Notes under the pieces: model-generated
Database searches by the model: none
The model's input: only the letters and a program-made list of their open reading frames with translations
What the model was told of the DNA's origin: nothing
Made by a program: the position numbers and the translations under genes
NCBI GenBank assembly: GCA_041577295.1
Contig: JBFGJG010000001.1
Coordinates: 224,001-288,000, forward strand
Length of the DNA stretch: 64,000 nt
Source: Gemmatimonadales bacterium
GTDB lineage: Bacteria; Gemmatimonadota; Gemmatimonadetes; Gemmatimonadales; GWC2-71-9
Reading direction: 5' to 3'
Part shown: one piece after another, positions 57,148-64,000 of the stretch
How positions within the stretch are numbered: the first letter of the stretch is position 1
How the letters are laid out: each line of letters opens with the position of its first letter

Positions 57148-58524
57148 TCAGGCAGTCGCCTCGGGAGGTCGCGGGGTGCGGCCGGGAAGCAGGCGCTGAA
57201 CGGCACCGAGCAAGAGCTTCGTGTGAGTTACAATCGTGGGCTTCGGATCCCGCCAGCTCCACGTAGCATGGGCGTCAGCCCTGAGGAAGCCCTTGACCAT
57301 TTTCCCTAACCATCGCACAGCCTCCCAACGCCCAATCGTCCCCGCATCACGCGCGCGGATGATGCCGTCGATATCCCCATAACTCCATACCATCCGCTTG
57401 CCCGTCGTATAGGCTGGACAGCGGACGTCAACGTTCCCGCGGATCGCGAGCTCGGCGGCCATCCTCGGAAAATCGATGCCACAGACTTCACAAAGCACGA
57501 ACGCCGCACCGAGCCGGGGGTTGAGTTCCAGAAACGACATCGAACCGGTGTGTTCGTCGATGAGGAACTGCAGGCAGCCCAATCCGCTGTACCCGAGGTG
57601 ACCCAGCAAGCGCCGCGTGTGCTCGTCGACGGCCGGGTGAGGATCGACGGTGACCGCTTCGACGGTGTAGCCAGTGTAATTCGGTCGGTCGGTCCGAAGG
57701 GTCTTGGTCTGAACGCGACAGACCAATTCTCCGCGGTGCGCGAGGAGCTGCACGTTGTGGCGCGGACCGGGGGCGAAGCGTTGCACGAGCACCGACGAGA
57801 GACCTTTCGGCCACTCCCGAAACTGCTCCCGAAGATGTGCGGCGTCCCGTACGATGACGGCCTTCTCGTCGTGCACGGCGTGGAGCGACTCGGCTGACTT
57901 CACAATGCACGGGAAGCCCACGGCGGGCGCCGAGTGAAACAGCTCGTCGAGGTTGGTCGCGATGGCAAAGGGCGCTTGGGGAATGTCCAGTTCGCGCGCG
58001 AGCCGGCACATGACGGCCTTGTCGGTACAGGTGGAGACGGCCGATGGCTCGGGCATGGCCAGACGGACCCGGGGAGGAAGCTTCGCCGCGTGGCGCGCGA
58101 CAGCCACGACCTCGCGATCTCCCAGTGGCAACACCACGTCGATGTCCGTGCTCGCGTTCACGAACGCCGCGAGGGCCCGGCCAAATGCCTCCCCATCGCC
58201 GATGATGCGAGGGTGTTCCCAAATGGCTGACGTGAAGCGAGAGTAGCGCGCGTACTGCAGAAAACCCGCTCTTGCCACGACGACGCGATAGCCCGATCGC
58301 GCGAGCGATCGGGCAAAGGTCAGCGTGTAGCGGAAATCACCGACGAGCAAGACGGTGGTGGGTCGCCCCGGCGCGAGGTCAGCGGGCTCATTGCGGTCCT
58401 CGCCTCGCCCCCAGTCTAGTGCAGGTTTCGTCACGTTTGGCGGAAACGCTTCGTTTTGGTATCGAGTGATCGAGCCCAGCGACGCCCTGTCCGGCTCGGT
58501 CCACCCCGCGAAGTTGGCTTGCAT
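57148..58524 (-). CDS. ATP-grasp carboxylate-amine ligase-like protein
   Basis: DK...LA....IPQ, GFPCIVK, VQRF.PG and FLELNPRL motifs; start uncertain. Confidence 0.75.
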   Translation of the reverse strand: MQANFAGWTEPDRASLGSITRYQNEAFPPNVTKPALDWGRGEDRNEPADLAPGRPTTVLLVGDFRYTLTFARSLARSGYRVVVARAGFLQYARYSRFTSAIWEHPRIIGDGEAFGRALAAFVNASTDIDVVLPLGDREVVAVARHAAKLPPRVRLAMPEPSAVSTCTDKAVMCRLARELDIPQAPFAIATNLDELFHSAPAVGFPCIVKSAESLHAVHDEKAVIVRDAAHLREQFREWPKGLSSVLVQRFAPGPRHNVQLLAHRGELVCRVQTKTLRTDRPNYTGYTVEAVTVDPHPAVDEHTRRLLGHLGYSGLGCLQFLIDEHTGSMSFLELNPRLGAAFVLCEVCGIDFPRMAAELAIRGNVDVRCPAYTTGKRMVWSYGDIDGIIRARDAGTIGRWEAVRWLGKMVKGFLRADAHATWSWRDPKPTIVTHTKLLLGAVQRLLPGRTPRPPEATA

Positions 58525-58627
58525 GGCGGACGGGTTTTGACGAACAGGCGAGCAAGGATCGGACCATCATCCAGCCACCTATCGCCACAACGTTAGCTGG
58601 TACAACATTTTAGCGGGCTGCGCAGGT

Positions 58628-59056
58628 TCAGGCCCACAGGGTGAGCCCCGTCGACTCGTCAAGGCCCCGTACAAACTCTGCGCCATCGAACTCCTGAATC
58701 ACAAACTCACAGGCAAACACGACGGTTCCCGGAGCCAGGTGACCGCCGATCGCTTGGCCGTCCGCATCCGAAAGGGTGACGTGGGCGTGCACGAACGGGC
58801 GGCCGTCCTTGATCGACACGTTACCCGACAGCTTGGTGATCTCGAGGGGCTCGCGAACCTCGAAGTTTTGGTATTCACGCTCCTTCTGATCGTAGTATGC
58901 CAGACCAGCCTTTTCGACGGCGCCGATGGCCTCGACCCTTCCAACCGTGATCCCATGCTCCACGCACAACTTCGTAATCGCTTCGAGCAGATCGTCACCC
59001 CGATTCAGTCGGCCCATCAGGGTGCGTGTTGGCTGCACTATCCGAGCGAGCGTCAT
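58628..59056 (-). CDS. PPC/DUF296 domain protein
   Basis: IGAV, EITKLSGNVS, HAH and GGHL motifs. Confidence 0.85.
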   Translation of the reverse strand: MTLARIVQPTRTLMGRLNRGDDLLEAITKLCVEHGITVGRVEAIGAVEKAGLAYYDQKEREYQNFEVREPLEITKLSGNVSIKDGRPFVHAHVTLSDADGQAIGGHLAPGTVVFACEFVIQEFDGAEFVRGLDESTGLTLWA

Positions 59057-59185
59057 GATGTCGTGCTCTCCTTACACCAGTGGGAATTCACATTGTCTAT
59101 GTCGAGCCGTCGACAGCGTAACGGAGATCGTCTCGCTTGGCAAATTGCCTTGACCTCATCCGAGAGCGGTTCGACCTTACAACGC

Positions 59186-59683
59186 ATGCTCCGGCCCGCT
59201 GCTTCGCCCCTGTTGTGTCTCGCGCTCCTCGGTATGCCAACGAGCGTTCTCTCTGGGCCCGAGATCTACCGCTTTGACCTCGTCCCTACGGCTCGTGCGC
59301 CGGGTGCCTCTGGAACCGGACAGCTCGCGCTCGCGTGGTCGCCGTTTGGTGTGGCGGTGAGCGAGGACGGCTTTCTCGTGTACGACCTCACGCTGAGCGT
59401 CGAGGGCCTGCTTAACCCGTCCACGCTGGGCCCGTACAGTCACTATGTCGCGTGGATTGCCTCCCCCAATCTCGAGCGCGTCGCGCGTATCGGGGTGTTG
59501 GGCAGTTCCGGGACGGTGGAGACGCGAATCGAGTCGTGGAACAAGTTCTTGATCTTGGTGACGCCGGAGTCCCGTGCAGATCCCCCCCGGCGATCGGGCC
59601 CAATCGTGCTTCAGGGTCGTTCTCCCAGCGGGTTCATCGCGTCATTTCAGAGTCACGAGCTCTTCAACTTGATTCCGCATTGA
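59186..59683 (+). CDS. Exported hypothetical protein upstream of the multicopper oxidase
   Basis: Signal-like N-terminus from ATG 59186; stop lies 23 nt before the oxidase start. Confidence 0.6.
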   Translation: MLRPAASPLLCLALLGMPTSVLSGPEIYRFDLVPTARAPGASGTGQLALAWSPFGVAVSEDGFLVYDLTLSVEGLLNPSTLGPYSHYVAWIASPNLERVARIGVLGSSGTVETRIESWNKFLILVTPESRADPPRRSGPIVLQGRSPSGFIASFQSHELFNLIPH

Positions 59684-59706
59684 CCCAGCCATCCGCACCA
59701 CGCCTC

Positions 59707-61407
59707 ATGTTGCCCCGATGCCCGAAGACGCTGGCGGGGCTCTTCGCGCTTGCGATGGTGTGCGCCGTACCCCTCTGCGCGCAGGACTCATTGCGCGCCG
59801 GCCATGAGGGTCACGGTCACGGCAGCGTCGAATGGCGCATGCCGATGATGCCGGGGATGAACCTGATGATGCTTCCCGGCATGGCAGAGTACCGTCCACC
59901 CCTCACACCGTTCTTGCCGGGCCGCGGAATCGATCCAACGACGCTGCCGGCGGCTCGCCCTCGCGAGCTCGTTGCCCTGCAGGAGGGAGACACGCTGGTG
60001 CTCGAGAGTGCGCTGGTGCGTCGCGAGATCAACGGCAAGTCGTTCACGATGTACGGCTTCAACGGTCAGTACCCCGGCCCGCTCATACGCGTTGCCCAGA
60101 ACACGACTATCGACGTCGACTTCCGAAACGGCATTGAGCTTCCGTCCACCATTCACTGGCACGGTGTTCGTCTGGACAATCGGTTTGACGGTGTTCCGGA
60201 CGTGACCCAAGCGAGCGTACCACCAGGGGGGCGTTTCATGTACCAGGTGCATTTCCCCGACGCCGGGATCTACTGGTACCATCCGCACCACCGAGAAGAC
60301 ATTCAGCAGGAACTGGGGCTGTATGGCAACATGCTCGTCGATCCGGCCTCCACGGATTACTACAGTCCAGTCCACCGTGAAGAGATTGTCATGCTCGATG
60401 ATCTTCTGCTGCAGGAGGGAGAGATCGCCCCGTTTGGACTCGAGGCATCGAATCACACGCTGATGGGCCGTTTTGGAAACGTCTACCTACTCAACGGCGA
60501 GCCCACGTATCGGCTCACGGCGGCAACTGGCGAGATCGTTCGGTTTTTTCTCACCAACGTCTCGAACACGCGTGTTTTCAATCTCCACGTGGGCGGCGCT
60601 GCTCTCAAAGCCGTGGGCGGGGACATCGGAAAGTTCGAGCACGAAGTCTGGGTGCCGAGTGTCGTCATCGCGCCGGCCGAACGGTACGTGGTCGAAGCGC
60701 GCTTCGACCGGGCGGGAACATTTGCGCTCACCAACCGCGTCCAGGCGCTGAATCACTTTTTGGGAGAGTTTTACAGCGAGGTCGATACCCTAGGCGTGAT
60801 CGAGGTTACGTCAACCACGGCGACACCGGACTATCGGGACGCCTTTGAGCAGTTACGCGCCAACCCCGAGGTGGTGGCCGATATCGACCGCTACCGTCCG
60901 CACTTTGGCCGGGCACCGGACTTCGAGCTCGACCTGACGATTCGTGTGGGGGATCTGCCGTCCGGGATGATTCAGTTCATGAGCATCGACACGACGTACT
61001 TTCCGCCGGTCGAATGGAACGACGCCATGCCGATGATGAATTGGGTCACCAACAGCACCAACACCCATTGGATTCTCCGCGACGCGGCAACCGGCGCGGA
61101 AAATCTGGACATCGACTGGCGCCTCCCAGTGGGCGAGGTCACCAAGATTCGCCTGCAAAACGACCCCGAGGCGTTCCATCCCATGAGTCATCCCATCCAC
61201 CTCCATGGTCAGCGGTTCCTCGTGGTGGAGCGAGATGGCAGACCCAACCCCCACCTGGTATGGAAGGAAACCGTGCTCGTCCCCGTGGGGTCGACGGTCG
61301 ACCTGCTCGTCGATATGTCGAACCCCGGCAAGTGGATGCTCCACTGTCACATCGCGGAGCACCTCGAAGCAGGAATGAAAATGGTGTTGTCCGTTGAGGC
61401 GCCGTAG
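59707..61407 (+). CDS. Multicopper oxidase (laccase/CueO-like)
   Basis: HWHG, WYHPH, HPIHLHG and HCHIAEHLEAGM copper motifs; signal peptide; His/Met-rich N-terminus. Confidence 0.93.
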   Translation: MLPRCPKTLAGLFALAMVCAVPLCAQDSLRAGHEGHGHGSVEWRMPMMPGMNLMMLPGMAEYRPPLTPFLPGRGIDPTTLPAARPRELVALQEGDTLVLESALVRREINGKSFTMYGFNGQYPGPLIRVAQNTTIDVDFRNGIELPSTIHWHGVRLDNRFDGVPDVTQASVPPGGRFMYQVHFPDAGIYWYHPHHREDIQQELGLYGNMLVDPASTDYYSPVHREEIVMLDDLLLQEGEIAPFGLEASNHTLMGRFGNVYLLNGEPTYRLTAATGEIVRFFLTNVSNTRVFNLHVGGAALKAVGGDIGKFEHEVWVPSVVIAPAERYVVEARFDRAGTFALTNRVQALNHFLGEFYSEVDTLGVIEVTSTTATPDYRDAFEQLRANPEVVADIDRYRPHFGRAPDFELDLTIRVGDLPSGMIQFMSIDTTYFPPVEWNDAMPMMNWVTNSTNTHWILRDAATGAENLDIDWRLPVGEVTKIRLQNDPEAFHPMSHPIHLHGQRFLVVERDGRPNPHLVWKETVLVPVGSTVDLLVDMSNPGKWMLHCHIAEHLEAGMKMVLSVEAP

Positions 61408-61452
61408 CCTCGTCGGCGCCCCAGAAAACCGGCTCGCCCCAAGGAGGTTCTC

Positions 61453-62841
61453 ATGACGTTTGCTGGTTGCACCGCTCCACTCGTGGCCGCCCTTCTCCTG
61501 CTACAACCCGTCGCGGTCCTTGCGCAAGACGACATGCGCGAGCGTCCTCATGCCAGCGCTCGACCTGGTTTAAAGGTCGGAGGGAGCGAGAACGTCGACC
61601 TGTTATCGCACCTCCCGCTCGGCGGGTTCTTCCGGGTCACCGATATCGAGATGGAGCAGGACGAGGACCGACCGTTCGTGTATGTATCGCAGGCCAGAGA
61701 GCGCGCCGGCTTCTCGGTCATCGATATTTCAGAACCCGATAAGGCGCACGTGATTCATCGCTGGACCATCGAGGACGTCGACCTTCATCAAGGGCTCGGT
61801 GGAATGGATGGCAAGTACTTCAAGACGAAGAACCGGTACTACTACGTCCAGTCCATGCAGTTCGCACAGGGCGGCCCCGACGCGGACCTCGGCGCCGTGG
61901 TCTTTGAAGTCACCGGCCTTCCTGACGTGTCCAAGGTGCGGGAGGTGGGCCGAATCCGTGCGCCAGACACCCCGGGGGGATTCCACAACATCTTTGCGTA
62001 TAAGCACTCTTCCGGTCGCGCGCTGCTCGTGACCACCGTGCGAGGACCTTGGGCCAACGTGTATGATCTCGACCGATTCCTCACGGATGCACCGGACTAC
62101 GGCCTCATTGCCCGTATCCCGGCTCCCGAGGGACCGTTTGGTCCCGGCGGCTACCACGACTTCTACATCGGCTACGATCCGGCAACGGGACAGGACAAGT
62201 TCTACGGCGCCGGTAGAGGGGGATACTACGTCTTTGACATTACCACGCCGGAAAACCCTCAACTGCTCTTTTCGATTACCGGCACCCCAGGGGTTACCGG
62301 TGGGCACACCTTCACACCAACCCCGGACGGCAAGTACGCCGTCACCGAAGCCGAGTACCAGTACGCACCGCTCAGGCTCTTCGACTTACAGCCAGGGCAG
62401 CGGGGCGAACGCCGTAATATCTCCCGGCCAATAAGCGCTTGGACCGCCGACTGGCGCGCACTGGCTCACAACCACGAAATTCGTTGGCCGTATGTGTTCG
62501 TCTCCGCATACGAGGACGGCCTCCAGATCTTCAACATGATGGATCCTGAAAACCCCATCACCGTTGGCTGGTATTACACGTATGATGGACCTCACATGCG
62601 CGGGTTCGGAGGCTCCCAGGTACCCGACATGCAGGGTACGAGCGTGATGAACGGTGCCTTTGGTGTCGACGTGCGCAATCGTGATGGGCTCATCGTGATC
62701 AGCGATTCGGCCACGGGGTTCTGGCTCTTTCGGCTCGAGGGCTTTCAGGGGTGGCGCGGGGAGGACTGGGGCATGCCCAACATTTCGAGCGTGCAAGACT
62801 GGGACGCGGGCCCCGTTCCACGGACCCCGGTGCTGCCGTGA
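61453..62841 (+). CDS. Exported LVIVD/choice-of-anchor-B-like beta-propeller protein
   Basis: AAGGAGG SD, signal peptide, repeated F/V-D-I-T/S-x-P strands and His motifs (FHN, YHD, GHT, AHNH). Confidence 0.65.
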   Translation: MTFAGCTAPLVAALLLLQPVAVLAQDDMRERPHASARPGLKVGGSENVDLLSHLPLGGFFRVTDIEMEQDEDRPFVYVSQARERAGFSVIDISEPDKAHVIHRWTIEDVDLHQGLGGMDGKYFKTKNRYYYVQSMQFAQGGPDADLGAVVFEVTGLPDVSKVREVGRIRAPDTPGGFHNIFAYKHSSGRALLVTTVRGPWANVYDLDRFLTDAPDYGLIARIPAPEGPFGPGGYHDFYIGYDPATGQDKFYGAGRGGYYVFDITTPENPQLLFSITGTPGVTGGHTFTPTPDGKYAVTEAEYQYAPLRLFDLQPGQRGERRNISRPISAWTADWRALAHNHEIRWPYVFVSAYEDGLQIFNMMDPENPITVGWYYTYDGPHMRGFGGSQVPDMQGTSVMNGAFGVDVRNRDGLIVISDSATGFWLFRLEGFQGWRGEDWGMPNISSVQDWDAGPVPRTPVLP

Positions 62842-62847
62842 ATTGCA

Positions 62848-62897
62848 GGGAGGAGTAAGAGAGGGAGGAGGATGGCCCCACCCCTCCCTCTCACTTC
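62848..62897. terminator. Hairpin between convergent genes
   Basis: gagagggag pairs with ctccctctc. Confidence 0.4.
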
Positions 62898-62900
62898 AGT

Positions 62901-63524
62901 TCACCGAGATACCTTCAGGTCGCTGACGTGGAGGTTCAGGCTGTGGTTCACGCGTAGCCCAACCACCCCGTCCACCTGAAGCTCGCTCCTCGGCACGCTG
63001 GTCAGCTTCTCACCGTTGACGTAGAAGCTCACCGCATCTGCCATCACTTCCACCGCAAGAACGTTTTTCGCGTTCTCTGAGCCACCGGGGTGCTTCATGA
63101 TGGCGCCGCTCGGAGACCAGTCACGGACCGTCTTGGTCGAGGCCCCCTCACGTTTCTTGATGAGGTAATCACCGGTGTCCCGAATCAGGAAGTACGAGTA
63201 CGACTGATCCGCACCATCCAGATCCTGCCCACCAAAGATGATCCCGTAGGCTTCACGATGGCGTCGCCCGGGATCGAACAGAAAAATCGTCGACTCGATC
63301 TTGAATTGGCCGGTCGCGGTGGTGGCGGGATTGTAGAGAATGCCGGCGGGCCCCGTGGTGATGTGCCAGCCCGGTGGCATGCTCACGAAATAGACCGCGG
63401 TGTCCGGTGCACCTGCCCGGTCGAATCGGACCTTCCAGTCCGCTGGTCGCTTGAGCTCAGCGTCCTGCGCGCCCAGCGGAGCGGCCAGCACGACCGCGAG
63501 TATCGGAACCAACAAGGATCGCAT
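62901..63524 (-). CDS. Exported hypothetical protein, probable concanavalin-like beta-sandwich
   Basis: Signal peptide from ATG 63524; VSFYVNG and GVVGLRVNH strands. Confidence 0.7.
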   Translation of the reverse strand: MRSLLVPILAVVLAAPLGAQDAELKRPADWKVRFDRAGAPDTAVYFVSMPPGWHITTGPAGILYNPATTATGQFKIESTIFLFDPGRRHREAYGIIFGGQDLDGADQSYSYFLIRDTGDYLIKKREGASTKTVRDWSPSGAIMKHPGGSENAKNVLAVEVMADAVSFYVNGEKLTSVPRSELQVDGVVGLRVNHSLNLHVSDLKVSR

Positions 63525-63582
63525 GATCCGCCTCTCGAGTGGGAACCCCCGCAAGATCGCAGGACGCGGGCAGCACTTCAAC

Positions 63583-63693
63583 TCACCCCTCGCCCTTCAC
63601 CAGCAGCTGATAGCCCACCACGAAATTCAAAGTCATCCAGCCAACCACACCTGCAACGGTGACCACCTTGAGTATGACCGCTATGGCATCCAT
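63583..63693 (-). CDS. 36-aa single-TM small protein (absent from the ORF track)
   Basis: GGAGGA SD 4 nt before ATG; reads MDAIAVILKVVTVAGVVGWMTLNFVVGYQLLVKGEG*. Confidence 0.65.
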   Translation of the reverse strand: MDAIAVILKVVTVAGVVGWMTLNFVVGYQLLVKGEG

Positions 63694-63807
63694 GATGTCC
63701 TCCGGGCTCAGGCAATGATGTCTCGTGTTTGCTGGCATCCAAGGTAGGCCCCACCACCCAAGCCGAGCCCAAGTACCGAAGCGTGCTACTCAATTCTCGG
63801 GGTGAGT

Positions 63808-63844
63808 GGCATCACACATTTGATGCCTTAGTGATGAGGATCAC
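63808..63844. promoter_or_regulatory. Tandem palindromic operator candidates
   Basis: GGCATCA-N6-TGATGCC (63808-27) and GTGAT-N4-ATCAC (63831-44, CRP/FNR-like). Confidence 0.45.
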
Positions 63845-64000
63845 CGCTCCGGCAAGCGACGGAGCACGTTTCCCACTGAACGATGGGTCAGTTGTTGACC
63901 CGCCGTCCAGGGTTGCGTGCAGACCATGGCAATGCGTAGGGGTGGGGGTCGCCAAGGCGTTGCCACGTCTACGCTTTTGATTTCGACAGGCTCAGCCCGC

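Noticed and set aside
1..64000. Many long antisense or alternate-frame ORFs (e.g. 6128-7552, 43294-44784, 1275-2486)
   Set aside because: Shadows of real genes in high-GC DNA, with no recognisable motifs.
63975..64000. GATTTCGACAGG resembling the tmRNA 5' region
   Set aside because: Lacks the preceding GGGG acceptor-stem start and is truncated by the window edge.

Overview
High-GC bacterial chromosomal segment; gene order and protein character suggest Gemmatimonadota (inference). 1-27.4 kb is mostly minus-strand housekeeping: mrdA-mreDCB, ald, M16 peptidase, pnp, rpsO, rseP-dxr-cdsA-frr-pyrH-tsf-rpsB-rpsI-rplM, an acyl-CoA carboxylase with an embedded RNA methyltransferase, and rpsA-cmk-aroA-tyrA, plus one plus-strand Ser/Thr kinase. 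The standout is a ~19 kb minus-strand biosynthetic operon (29832-49011) behind a predicted sigma54 promoter. Its order is type II thioesterase, sulfotransferase, HAL-like MIO enzyme, three NRPSs (C*-A-T-C*-A-T / C-A-T / C-A-T, no terminal TE or reductase), a pair of alpha/beta-hydrolases with GLRLG and GLCSG elbows, and an Sfp-type PPTase that lacks a canonical start codon. Both C domains of NRPS1 have altered catalytic motifs and both of its A domains have unusual pockets. 49-64 kb encodes exported peptidases/amidohydrolases (M16, Tat-M24, D-aminoacylase, M55), an ATP-grasp protein, DUF296, a multicopper oxidase locus and an unlisted 36-aa membrane peptide. No rRNA, tRNA, CRISPR array or mobile element was recognised. 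All calls come from manual motif reading, with no database searches; A-domain codes were aligned by eye and compared with remembered reference codes.
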